Shown: in pieces, positions 1 through 12,769 of the stretch
Layout: every line of letters starts with the position of its first letter
How positions within the stretch are numbered: position 1 is the first letter of the stretch
DNA from: Chiloscyllium plagiosum
Taxonomy: Eukaryota
Assembly: GCF_004010195.1 (NCBI RefSeq)
Contig: NC_057719.1
Coordinates: 70,107,893 to 70,151,980, forward strand
Reading direction: 5' to 3'
DNA length: 44,088 nt
Position numbers and translations under genes: made by a program
Notes under the pieces: model-generated
The model's database searches: none
What the model was told of the DNA's origin: nothing
What the model saw: only the letters and a program-made list of their open reading frames with translations

Positions 1-2221
1 TGCTGAGTAAAACTGTTTGCATGTATTTGATGTATCAGATTTCTGATTTTCCTGACTCGAGCAGTACTTATGTGTGGTGTAACTAATTACCCACTTCTAC
101 TGCTGGCAAAAAAATCATTTTTGGCTCTACACAATAACTATGAAATAAAAGACTGTAAATGATATTTATAGTTGCATTACATTCAGCAAAATCTTCCACA
201 ATGGTCATCCAAAATGTGCACTGCAAGCTCTGAAATCATCATGTGATTTGGCAAGGAATTTTCACCACTTCTGTTGGCAAGAGTGCAGAATCAATTATGT
301 TCCCAGTAGGTGTAAAGCACAGGTACCTAGATACAACAGCAGTTTGAATCCTTGGATTCTTGTTGAATGCCTTTAATCTTTTAATATTCATTCACTCTTT
401 TAACAATCTATGCAAAATCTTATTGTAAATTATTGTTTATCATATTTTAAAGTGCAATTGGCTCACTTTAAACAATAACCTTTATATTCATTGACCTTTT
501 TCCTGTCAAGTTTTGAGTTTGAACATAGCCTAGATGAATGAGATTAATAGCTTTCCTCGACAGCTGTTTAAGTGAAATGGGTTTCAACAGTCTAAACCTA
601 GATCCCAATGGATTACAGTGTGCAGCATAAAACTCCCCATAATAAATAGACACAGCTATAATTGGATGCTCTCACTCATGGGAATCAGAAGGATTAGCCA
701 GTACCAGTAGTATCAAGCTGGTGTACTTGCAGTAATGTTCAGAGGCTGGGATTATGTCAAATTCTATGGAAATTTGAAAGGAATGCAACTGCTTTAAAGG
801 AAAGCAAAGAAAAAGAAACATTCTTCACCCTTAGCATGTGTTTTCCTGAAAACATTACTAAATTAAAGCAACTATATTAATATGCAATGCAACACTGAAT
901 GACATTTTATTGAGTTACGTTTTCATGAACAAAATACATCTTTGAATTTTTTTAAACAATTAAGTAGATGGATAAATATCCCGAAGCCAGCAGGTGAATG
1001 GTATGATATCACTGATTGTGCATCTATTTGAGGATAACACCTACACAGGGTCATAGGTTTCTACTATGGCCCTGGTTACCACAAACCTGACCCCAGGAAA
1101 TCTGGACTGGCACGTCAGAGTTTCCTCCCAGGTGATGGTATTCCTTGATGGCAGGCTGGGCAACATGAAAACCGAGTTTATTGGCTATGGATACAATCTG
1201 GATGCTAGACTGGCCTCGTTGGACAAGCACTGCAATGAAGTTTAATAAAATAATGAATCCAAAAACATCGCTTTGGCCCTCACCCCTACCAATCCCCTCT
1301 CTATGCGAAACCATGCAACCTCAAACTCCATGCAACCACATGCCCCTCCGTCTTGCCCCCATGGTCTCTCACAAACCCTGTGCCAATCCATGGTTCCTGT
1401 ATCCAATATCTTAGCCATTATAGCCTCTATGCCAGCAGGGTGCCAACTCATGCTACACCTTCCTCCTCCACATCCATTTCTATTCCATATTTCTTTGGCA
1501 GTTTTAACAGTTCCAATGTGTTTGTGAACTTTTTCAACAAATTTGTATATTGTGCCTGGCCCAGTAAGGGCACCAGAGTCCCTCCAGAGACCATACACAT
1601 AGACGTACCGCCACTTTTCAAAATGGTACCCTGACTATCCAAAATAAAGTCTGAAGCACCGATAAATCCTTAAGTGTTGAAATTAAAATGGGATTATTAA
1701 AATGATATTAAAATGGGATGATATTAAAGTGGAGGTAGCTGACTATTTAAATTGCCATCCATCTCAAAAAACCATTCAAGTGTGAAGACTAGACTGTCCT
1801 GCAACTTGCTCCATGAAAATGGGAAATGATGCATTTGGGAGAGGGACTGCTGATTTTAGGGATTTGTGCCATTTTTTTCCCCATGACTGACAGCCTTCAC
1901 CTTGCTGCAAAAATCTGCATGTCTAGGGTTTTCAAGTGAAGACCAGGCCGATTCTTGACTCGACAATTTTTGTACACATGGGACAGCATTTCTTATATGA
2001 TGGGGATACCTGAACAGAAAAATTTGCAACCTTTCCTTCTACTGCTCTGTCCCATTTTCAAACAATCAGGGGCTGAAAATTATTGGGGATGTCTGGATGG
2101 TGCAGACTAAAACGTCAAACAGGGATTGACTCGTGGAGAAAAGTCAGCCCAGCAGAAATAATGATCTTTTAACGGGGAGGAATATCCATTTTTTGGGGAT
2201 GCAAGCCAATCTGATTGACTG

Positions 2222-2340
2222 GCAGGTCCAATTCTTGCACCAGCTGAGGCTACCATGAAGGACTCTCCATCTTAACCTCTCTCTTCGGGGGAGGTTAAAG
2301 CCACCACCAGCAGCCCTATGATCTGGTAGGACTATGGCAA
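2222..2340 (+). mobile_element. tRNA-derived SINE (family A), 5'-truncated, internally deleted
   Basis: B-box-like GGTCCAATTC, then ctgaggctaccatgaaggactctcc...ccctatgatctggtaggactatggc; homologous to the reverse-strand copy at 6038-6258. Confidence 0.7.
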
Positions 2341-2449
2341 TATTGTATTATATATGTTGGGTGGGCTGTTAACTTCAGTTCCCACTCATCCACCTCATTT
2401 AATGTGCGCCCACACATAAAAAAAACAGCATTATAATGCCTAACCTCAG

Positions 2450-3350
2450 GTCTTGAAGCATGATGAGGCTCGATGGACAATTTGCTGTCATTCTGAACAA
2501 CTAATAGTCATTATGATCAATGCTGCCTCACCTCAAGAAGAGTTTTAGGTTTCCTATGAAGTGATTTCTCTGCCCTCTCCAGTAATGTTGACCACTGGAA
2601 AGCTGAGAGAAGGTGATATGGCAGGGGAAGACAACTTTTCACTATACAGACATGGTGGCCACTCAATGACTGAAAACTGATTTTGCAAGGGTTTTGCTTG
2701 ACTGCTTATGGAGCTGGCAAGATGGAGGAACTAGTGCCTAATTACATTGTTCTCATATTGAATCCTGAGGATAAGTGGTGGCACTGTAATGGAATTTCTC
2801 CAGTGTTCTTATGTGTCGCTGATTGTCCAGGTCTGACAATAATATGGAAATTGGTGATCATAATTGCTCTGTCCACTAAGACTTTTGTTGACTCACAGGA
2901 GATTTTGTTTTCAAACACTTATTGTAGATTGTAGCATGTTGAACTGGTACAGCTGATCTGGTGTTGCCTCTACTTGTTAATAGCAGCCTTTTGAAACAGA
3001 TGGCTCTCTGGGTATGGAAAGTGGGATATTTAGCTGCTCTGGTGTGAGTAAACGTGAATTTGTTTTGGAAATAATGGAAGGATTTGCCAAGTTTTTCCAT
3101 TGGCAGAATTGAAGAGGTCGTGAATGGCTTACAAATCTGGTACAGAGTATGAAATAACAATACAGTCATTCGCAAACTATATATCATGTACATCTGGTTT
3201 TGGCCTGAAGGCAACTGAGGTTGAAGAGCTTTGATCAAGTCAGTGTTCAATTTTGACACCAGAGGGCTGATCAGAGGCAGAGATCAGAGGTCAATATATG
3301 CATGAGAGATATTTAGGTCTGCTGTAATTGGTGAGAAGACAATTTCCTCT
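2450..3350 (-). mobile_element. Decayed RTE-clade LINE fragment (RT C-terminal part)
   Basis: Minus-strand broken translation KLFNLSCLQAKT ... FANDC (FADD-like) ... HIRTLEKFH ... FSQLSSGQH..RGQRNHF, typical of RTE ORF2; many stops and frameshifts. Confidence 0.75.
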
Positions 3351-4073
3351 TTCCCATTGTGAAGTTGGGCATCTTCATGAAATGTGGATTTAACCATTTT
3401 TTAAATACACAGCGATTTCTCATTTTCAATCAGGGTTACATCAAATTGAATTGTACTGAAATTATAACATGGAAACAGGCAGTTCAGTTCAACAGTCTGT
3501 CTGATATATCCCTCCACAGAAATTATCAGCCCATGTGGTCCACTGGTTCTCAAATGCATTCACCTCCCTTACCATCAACCAGCTATTTTCGCTGAAATCT
3601 GCTTCGGTTGTTAACTTCAGTGGTAGTACATTCTACAACTTGCCGTGCAAAAAAGGTTTCTCCTGCACATTATCTGGTCCATGCTACTCTACATAGCACA
3701 TTTATTCAGCATTGTTCCGGAAACACTGAAGAAAAGAGTGGCCTTTATCCCTCTTTAGTCATTTGAAACAGCTTAATTAAGTTTCTTCACAATCTTATCT
3801 ATTGAAAACAAGCTCAATTTGTCAAACATCTTTTTATTTCTAATTTCTCAAGTGAATCAATATCCTCAAAGTGTGCTGCTACCTGATGGATAACAGGAAA
3901 TCTGTAATAGACCAGTAATGACCTTGGAACAGGACATTACAAAGCACTTCAAATCCCTACTTTGGTTGACATCATGCTATACTGTGGAAAACACGAGATG
4001 TATAAAACTAAATCTCAGGTTGGGAAGGGATACTTAAGGTAAGAGCAGAGATCCTGTGGTTGACTTGATAGAA

Positions 4074-4220
4074 AAATTGGCTATGTAAAATTGCCCATAG
4101 TGTAAGGTGCATTAGTCAGAGGGAGATGGGTCTGGGGGGTTACGCTTCAGAGGGTCGGTGTGTACTGGTAGGGCCGAAAGGCCTGTTTCCACACTGCAGG
4201 GAATCTAATCTAAAAAAAAA
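4074..4220 (+). mobile_element. HE1 SINE, 3' half
   Basis: Matches 31905-32030 (aattggc.atg.taaattgc.catag ... gggcc.aa.ggcctgtttccacact ... taatcta) and ends in an A tail. Confidence 0.85.
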
Positions 4221-5029
4221 GGCACTTTACTAGAGAAGATTGTGTTTATTTAATCCAAGTATGTATTTTAACTTTTATTTATCAAACATAGTAACATGAT
4301 TCTTACACTACAATGTCTTAAAGTAACTAATCATTCCCCAATGACTGGTTTGTAGGTACATATTAGCAAATAGTTTTAAAGAGATGGTATTTGAGTGAGT
4401 ACATGAGAAAGTAGAATTTGTGGTTAGAGATAAGATATGCTGACCTGGAAGTAATGGATACTTAAAAATATTATACAGATTTATTGGATCCATATTATTG
4501 AACAATTGACTCCTGGGAAAACTTAATGTTTTGGTATACAGAAAGTCATAAATAGATGTTAAGCTCATTTTTAAAATATATATGTATATAAAATCGCTGA
4601 TTCATAAAAGTCTGTACCTAAAGTACAATGAATGACAGTGCATCATCAAACTCCGCACTATGCACACATTAGGCGAAGGAATCAGTAGATATGTTCAAAG
4701 CAACTGGTGTTTATTCAGGCGTGCAAGGAAGGCCAGGCCTGGCTACAGAAGCAGATTTTTTAACACAAGGCTATTCTCTTAAATAAGAACTAAAATTAAC
4801 ATGAACGTATTAATGATTTGAAAGCTATCTAATAACAAATGTAATACAACTCCGCATGTAGAACACCAAAATGGGCAGATTCATATCTATTGAAAATTTG
4901 TGGATTTTTAAATACAATATATAAATATTTGAAAAACTACATTTACTTGCATATTACATGTAATATATGTAATGTACATATATTACATGGTATATGTAAT
5001 AGCATTAGTCAGTATTCTTATTGATCTCC

Positions 5030-5330
5030 AGCTTAGAGGATGACTTTATGAGACTGACCAGGTTGCTTCTCAACCCCCAGGCATATAGACACACTGCAGG
5101 AAATACCATGAGGTGGTGAGATCCATATTATGGAATTTGATTCATTTTCCTTCTTTCTGTCTTCGCTCTACCTCATTGTTGAGCTTGTGACACAAAGCAT
5201 GGTGAACTTCATGCACTATTCTGAATGATAGATTGCAAGCTCCTCTAAGTCATTAATGTCAAGGCTCCAATGCTTCAAAAGAGACCATCTAAAGTGCTGT
5301 CTTTGCTCTTCCAGAACATTTTTTAAAGTT
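5030..5330 (-). mobile_element. Decayed RTE-like LINE 3' end
   Basis: Minus strand GRAKTAL..SLLKHWSLDINDLEELA resembles the RTE ORF2 C-terminus and the end of the 2450-3350 fragment. Confidence 0.45.
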
Positions 5331-5693
5331 GAGAAAACAGGACTTGACTTTCACCCATCCAGACCATCAAACTTAATACTGCAGGGATTTTGCCAGATTG
5401 CTTCTGTATCTGGCTTCAAGAAGGGCAATTACAGGTATTCCACTGGAATATTACTGAATATTGTCGAACCTGCTGTTTGCAAAAATATTTTGCATTTCAG
5501 GACTTTTATAAAGAATCTTCCCCAAACCTTGAACAGTAGAACCTGTTCATAATTTCTGGATCCCACATCAACCAATTACTTTCAAAGCTAAAACAAAAGC
5601 TTTTAGTAAATCATGACCCAGAATTGATCATATTCATGTTCTCTTTTGGATAAACACATAAAACAATAGCAACATTTCAATAGATGAGTGTCA

Positions 5694-5745
5694 AACTGAT
5701 AAATGGTAAATGGCAACTGATAAATGGTAAATGGTAATAATGGTC
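5694..5745. repeat. 21-bp tandem duplication
   Basis: aactgataaatggtaaatgg twice, followed by a partial aatggt. Confidence 0.85.
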
Positions 5746-6037
5746 AATTTCTGCTAGAATTCAGCACACAGTCCTCTCCTCCAATCAAAGGTCAGGTTTA
5801 AGATCCTCTGAAGATATTCATTCTCAAAGCACTGGCACCTTTGCGTATATTCATGCAGTATGCTGTATAGGACGTATGACAATCCAGAATTATGCTCAGC
5901 TCATAGTGACACAAACCCCAGGCTGGTTTGAGCTAGCATTTATATCATCGACAAACAGGCTTTGCAGCTAAAAACTCCAGTGCTCCATCAACAGCAGCAT
6001 CAAAACCTATAGCCTCTACTATCTTAAAAAAAAATAT

Positions 6038-6258
6038 TGTGGTCTTACCAGACCATTGGACTGCTCTCTCTCTCTCTCTCTTTCTCATTAGACAGATATA
6101 TCTGATAGAGGCTTAATCTGAGGGTCACCACACCTCAGATGAGGGGAGGGGTTGGGAAGGACAGTCCTTCATTGTAACCTCAACCAGAGTGACAACTGAA
6201 CTCACGCTATTGGAGTCACTCCATATCACAAATTGACCATCCAGCTAACTGAACTAAT
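6038..6258 (-). mobile_element. tRNA-derived SINE (family A), near full length, with internal (CT)n
   Basis: Minus strand starts with A-box-like TAGTTCAGTTAG and B-box-like GAGTTCAGTT; body homologous to 2222-2340; (CT)n at ~6064-6082. Confidence 0.75.
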
Positions 6259-8631
6259 TGATAGAGATCATAAGGTTTTGGAATAAAAAGGTGGTGCTTT
6301 TTTGTTTAAAAAATGCATTGCACAAAAAAATTGCACTTTACTTCAAAATGAGTCATTCTACTACAATACAGCACTTTGTAACTTGGCTTAAGTCAGTTAA
6401 TGGGTGGTACAATAATTGAATGATCTGATTTAACTTCAGAACAACAATTCAGTCTATTTATACTGTCAGGAATCCTCATCTAATAAACTTAAACTTCTAG
6501 TTCCATTCAACTTCATTCTTTTTTTAAATATTGAACACAGTTGAAGCTTAACTTGTGACAAAATTGTGTCTCCACATTCCTGGTGAAACAAGTTGTTTTT
6601 TATATGGAACTCTTGAATTTTAGTTTTTACAGAAATAAGATAGCAGAATGTAATACCAAAACATTTATAAGTTATGTTAGACATATAGCTCCTTGGTCAT
6701 GGTCTCGTATTCAAAGCTGGTTTTGAGTTGTATTCTTAAATTATTCTTGAAGTTATTTCATCATGTTTGCTGTTGATCATCAACTTTTGTGTGCCCTTAG
6801 TCAAAATGTTGTGAATGCAGCCTTTACACTGACTGACAACCAGCTTGTCTCTGAATATACTGTTTACTTCAGAAACCCCCAATTTTCTAATCTGAACATG
6901 TCAGCGAAAGGCCATCAAGTAGTAAAATGAAATGATGATGAAGTGAGATCATGCCCCATCACAGTTCTCCATCATAATTTGTTGTTCTAATTGAAATTAC
7001 ATTAGTAGACAACAATCCTCCATTTATTAAACTGGTACATTATTTTGCATCAATTTATCAGACAGAACTTACCCATTTGAAATTGAGATACAGCAGGCCA
7101 TCACTTATCATATCACTAACTTGTACTGCCATCAATATTCCACTCATAATTAACTCAGGTTGAGATTTGAAGAATACGAAAAATTTAGCAGATGTACCAA
7201 GATGAAAAATAGCCAAACATGTAACAAGTTAGTCAATCATACATTTGATTTTAAAAGGATTTTTTAAATTTCACAAATATACATTACAAACTAGCCTAAT
7301 TCACTTGTAAAACATTACCGTGCAACTGCATATGCTCTGAATTACCAAGTCCATAACGGCATTGGAGCATTTGTAGAATTTTTAAGCTGCTTCACTTAAC
7401 TTCAAAGTTGATTAATTAAATATTTATACACTCTCACCTGCTGGATAAACCCCAAAATTTACATACTAGATTACATCTCTGCAGCTGAAGAAAATGCAAA
7501 CATCCAATTTACTTCTGGAAATGGAAATGGAAAAACCACAGCCAATCTGATCGAATGCCAAACATAGCAATAAATTGGAATCCCAAGTCAAACCACACTC
7601 TGGAGAGCTTTAATTTATACAATAAAAATAACTGCACACATCAATCATTGGCAATGCTTTGTTTAATTCCCCACATGATTTTACAGCATTGAAGATATAT
7701 ACCAGGTGGAACCTGGAACAAACTTGCAAAAGTATTTTTTTCTTTCTATAGTGACAACCTGTTCCATAAACTACCGTAAAAGACAAATGAATAACAATAC
7801 ATCCTACCTTGCACCATTAATTTAGAAGCACCACTATAATAAAATGTCTTTGTAGTTCAATATTATAAACATATTCTGCACTTAGTTACAAGGGAACAAT
7901 ATTCTTTTACCAATACCTACTGTTTAGTGCTAAAAGTGCTAATCCTTAGCAATCAGTTAATTGTTTAATTTTGACTTTAAATGTATATTCTTTATTTCCA
8001 TTCAAAATTCATTTCTTTTTCCAATAAGGTGAGCTGGGTCCAATTCAATTTAGCATTTAGCTAACAATAGCAGGGAAACTTGACTCTCTCTCTCCTCAAG
8101 TATTTCGACATGGATTTTATGACACCATTATTACAGCAAAAAAGTTTAAAAAGCATTATTTCTTTCCAGATTAGTGTTGCTACAGCAAATCCATTAAATT
8201 TCCAACCGTGGATGGATACTACTTTAAAATATCCAATTTAAATGGTTCAGGCATCGGCATAATTAGACATCAGCCATTTTGTTATCAAGAACTTTATCTT
8301 AAAATTGACAAGCCAATTGGCAAATTTTTTTTAACTTTAAGTACAACATGGAATTTATAAACTCTGAATGTTTCAAATGCTTTAACAGCCAGCCATTCTG
8401 ATGCTTAATTCTAAGAAATATATCAAATCTCTACTCAAGTCCACAATCATAAACCTTTCCTTCACAGACATTCACTTATTTGATAAATCAAACATGATTG
8501 AGCACAATTAAACCCAAACCAATATTGTTCTTTTTTTCCCATCATTTGGTAACAGACAGGCAGTTGATGCAACTTAAGGTTGCTAATTCTATATATTTTT
8601 TTGTTTTTAGATTGCACAGCAAATTTACCGA

Positions 8632-9320
8632 GATGTAAGAATTGATGCGAAATAAGCCATTTGGCCCCTGGAATCCTCGTTGCCTTCAACAAGATCATTG
8701 CTGATCTGTTTGTGTTTTGAATTCCATTTCCATGTATCCCCAATATACTGTGAATATTTTTAAGGAGGAGATACTTTCTTGTTAGGCAATGGAATCAGTG
8801 ACCCTGTCTCCATCATATTGCCTGTGTTTATGGCTTAAATATTAGTCTTGGATCCACTCTCTTCCTTCCAAACTGATGGAAAATCTCAATCATATTGCGC
8901 TCACTGTTACCTAAGGTTACCTTTATTCTGAGGCCTTAAATGAATCCTGTCACTTTAAATAATAAATCCATTTAATATAATCTGTTCTCCAGTCAGTTCC
9001 AAAACATGTTGCTCAAAGAAACTATACTTGAAAGCATGATTGGAACTCCTCATCCAGGCTGCCATTTCCAATTTTCCAATTAGACCAAAATCACCCATCT
9101 ACTGTATGAATCGTATTCTTGTTTTAACAGAGCTACTCCTCTACGTTTACCTTGCTTCCTATGCTACTTCAATGTCATATATCCCTTAAAATGCAGGACA
9201 GAGTCTCTGTCATCATGGAGCCACATTTCCATAATTGAATATAAAATCATACTTTATTACATCACTGCACTCGATCAATTTGTTTACTTTGTTATGAATG
9301 CTACTCACGTTCAGATAATG
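8632..9320 (-). mobile_element. Old CR1-type LINE remnants (3' end plus endonuclease-region pieces)
   Basis: Reverse complement of the CR1 3' terminus (agccatttggcccc...aagatcattgctgatct) followed by sequence resembling 16690-17220 in reverse. Confidence 0.55.
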
Positions 9321-10010
9321 TTACTATATAGTTTTACAAACAATCCTCATAGAAAGACCTATACACATTCAGTAACACTAAGAGCCAACAGAAAAGTAAA
9401 ACCTTACAGCTTGCTAGCTTAGCACTAGGCAGAATCAAGCAAGTTGTTTTCTGTGATTTTCTAAATGAATGGGCCATTGTCTGATGAAGCAACTCTCACA
9501 TTTTCACTTCCACATGTGTCACTTTTTGGCTACCTTATCCAAATCACAACTGTGAGCCAGATTATATAGAGATTTTTGAGGTGGGACCAACCTCAATTAG
9601 TGTGGTCTTTGGGGAATTTTACTGGCAGTGTAGAAATAACTTTCACATAGAGACGCTGTAAAAGTCTGGGACATTGCGGTCTAAGCAGTTCACGTAAGTT
9701 AGCAACCTTTCACATGAATCAGTGTCTCTAAAGCTGCCAACTCACTACGATGTGTTAAATTGTTTAGTGTGAATTATGCCATGTTCAAATAATGCATGAT
9801 ATTATACATCGGCATTAGCTGATTCCATTTGTATTCAGTTTTTAGATTATGTCAGTGGATTTTGAAACATCAGAATTATCAAACCACAAAATACAAAATT
9901 CTTAAAGTTTGTGAGGGATTCCATTTGAAATCTCTAAAATGTTTTTGCATTTGATTAGTATATTCTGTAAAGTAGATACTCAGCAGGTATCTACCAAAGA
10001 CCAGTAATCT

Positions 10011-10258
10011 GCTCCACCCTCTGCTCCGACCTATCACCACCACCCGCACCTTCATCTAAGTGTCGCATTCCTAGCTACCTTCCCCCCGAGGCCGACACCC
10101 CTCCCAATTATTTCTCAGTCCCCTCCACATTCCTGATGAAGAGCTATGCTCGAAACATTGACTCTCCTGCTCCTCGGATGCTGCCTGACCGGCTGTGCTT
10201 TTCCAGTGCCACACTTTTCGACTGCAGCTTTCCAGCATCTCAGTCCTCACTTTCTCCT
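10011..10258 (+). mobile_element. Penelope-like element 3' terminal fragment (family 1) with hammerhead-like motif
   Basis: Same terminus as the GIY-YIG-coding fragment at 31044-31710 (gctcctcggatgctgcctgacc.gctgtgcttttccag); CTGATGA-A-GAGC TAT GCTC-GAAAC at 10134-10156. Confidence 0.85.
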
Positions 10259-10719
10259 GATTAAGTCACACCCATGTGAAAGACAAACAGCCTCTACAGA
10301 CATTCCAACAATGAAAGAAATAGTAATGACCAATTATTGCTCATCATTCACAAGGAACTGACTCCTCAACTGCAGATAGCACTTTAATGTAGACAACACA
10401 GAGGCTAAATGCATCTTACAATTTTCAGATAAGTGAGAGTTGTGTTGAGCTTTTTGGAGTGTTTTTTGATGAAAGTTTTCTCTCTGTGCTGTATCAAATT
10501 CATCTTATTAACTACCTGGCCTGTACTTATGGCATCCATTGTGTCCAATTCCAGCCCCATTCTATCATATGCCATTCCCAGAACAACTCACCACTCAGCA
10601 GGTATCTACTAAAGACCAGTAATCCCTTGTGACCACGCTATCTTTAAAGGCCACTGTGCACCTGGATGAGCACTAGCATTCTGAAGCTGCACAGCTGGGT
10701 CCAGGACATTTCCAGAAGA

Positions 10720-12140
10720 TGTTGCAGAAGGGAAAATGGCACTTTCATTTCATAGCAGGGATCTTAAGGTCCTGTTTGGTGGGAAAAAGCCAATGCGAGG
10801 AATCCTCTTCCCTGAGGACTGGCAGAAGAGACTATGTCAACCAGACTCTGGTTTGTCACCACCTGGATCAATGCCATCTTTACAGTCTGAATGGCCAGCA
10901 ATGTCATAAGAAGGTCAATGACCTTCTTCACCCTTCTCTCTGAAACTTCACACTCACTGGATCTCTGCTACTCCATAACCCACCAAGGCTCATGTTCTGT
11001 TAATCTCATTATTACCTACAACACCTTCCCTCACTTGCTTTCACCCCCATAAACCCACACAGCACTAACCCGTTTATGCCCTCTCTGCAGCATCCTACTC
11101 AGTTATTTGGGACACCACTATTTTTCACTCACCCACAAAAGCACCAACAGCCAGGCTTTCACCTCTCTCAATTACATGGCAGAGACAGCCTGCACAGGTA
11201 GAGAGGTGCCTGATATTAGGCTCCTTGCCTCCTGTGAGGAGAAACTCCTGGCCCATGAAGGAAAAGAGTAGCACCATGACTGTGGGGATGCTTAAACATC
11301 CATGTCCTACCAATAGAGGCAATACCATTCTTCATTCCACTGCAACTCCCACTGCCCCTGTCATTCATTTCACAACACTTCTAACCTCTGGCTGTGACAC
11401 CATATCTCTCTTTTGTCTTGTAGACACTGCAAGCAACTCCTTCAGCTCCTTGATGAAGTACCTTGCTCCCCCAGAAGTCTTCTGTTCATCATCTGAGGAT
11501 CAGAGTAAAGAGAACATAGAGGGAAAATAGACAAAGTTGCCTTCTGCATATCCACTAGACTACATACTAACACTACAGTGGTGTCGTTAAGACTTATGGG
11601 TGTGGGACCATCACTTGGTGAGCACCCCACGGAAACGGCTCCACAGCTGACTGAAGAAGAAATGCCCCAGGGCGCTGGCACTTGGAGACTGCCAGAGAGC
11701 AGGCCCCTGCTCAGCCCCAGGCAGGAGAGGACCCTACGGTATCAGCAATCAGGAGTTTGGCCGCATGCAGCAGGAGGAACAGCAGCAGCAGCAGGCAGCA
11801 ATGTAGGAGACAATGGCCTAGCAGCTGCATCGGTCATGCCATCATCTAGCTGTCTCTACAGACAGGTTGGTGGTTGCCATGGAGACCCAGGTCCTGCAAC
11901 CCTCAGGTCTGCCAGATACACTCATACAACTGCAGTCCATCGTCCAGGCACTGGTACTCAGGATTGTAGGCATGGTAACGAGGGGGAAAATGGGGAATCT
12001 GACATACATTCCAGGTGCCCCTTCCTTGCATGGTGACAGGGTGGTGCCTGCTCTAAAAAGCCCAGGTTCCATTCCTGGTAGCCCTTCCTGTGTGTCCCAC
12101 AGGCTTTGCAAATCCCCATGTCCCCACCCAACTGCACCTT
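10720..12140 (+). pseudogene. Harbinger Myb/SANT-like DNA-binding protein pseudogene, multi-exon
   Basis: F..RDLKVL ... ILFPED.QKR ... NGQQCHKKVNDLLH (trihelix QCRKKxNDL motif) at 10740-10931; decayed second exon near 11238; acceptor ttttgtcttgtag at 11411-11423; frameshifts throughout. Confidence 0.7.
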
Positions 12141-12229
12141 CCTTCTCCACATAACCCTGGGCTTATGAGGTGACCATGACAAGTGTAGTCATACGTTTCA
12201 AGACTAGAATGACTCCCTTCCTGAAACCT

Positions 12230-12305
12230 TGAGTTCCAAAGGAATCATACGGTTCCTCCACAGATGCTGTCAGACCTGCTGAGTTTCTCCAGCACTTTAT
12301 TTTTA
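12230..12305 (+). mobile_element. Short remnant of a related PLE terminal repeat inside the Harbinger relic
   Basis: ctccacagatgctgtcagacctgctgagtttctccagcac resembles the family-1 terminus ggatgctgcctgacc.gctgtgcttttccagcac. Confidence 0.6.
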
Positions 12306-12769
12306 CATCTTTTTAGTCTACCCACACATTGAAACTTCGAAAGTTATTGATGATCAACAAGTCAAAAGGAGATTCCTTAGGATTCATTTCAGCCAGCTGG
12401 CTGACATGAGAAACTTCACTGCATAGTAATCAGTTATGATATCCTGACAGCAGCATGATAGCTGCTTAACTTTACTGCTGTGCGATATCATTTCACCTTC
12501 TCACTCACTGCTGCTTTTTCTATAAAGATCAGTTAGGATACGTAATGTGCCGATACTTGAAAGTGAGTTCACCCGAAGATATCAATCATTTAGTAACATT
12601 TATTCAAAAATTGATAAGCTTAAGGCCTGAACAAATAACAAGGTCCCGAGGTCCTTTGCACTAAGCAGAGACTGCTTTCCATCTTACCAAAAGAACTTAA
12701 ACCTAGCTCAATCACCTGGGAAGCATGTTTAAATGAGGATCTCCTTGTTTCCCTTACTTGATGATGCAT

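Noticed and set aside
975..1920. Cluster of six overlapping ORFs in more GC-rich DNA
   Set aside because: No recognisable domain; composition suggests a decayed non-autonomous DNA transposon, but I could not show TIRs or a second copy
11125..12182. Longer overlapping ORFs of up to 152 aa
   Set aside because: Off-frame or antisense readings of the decayed Harbinger Myb/SANT gene
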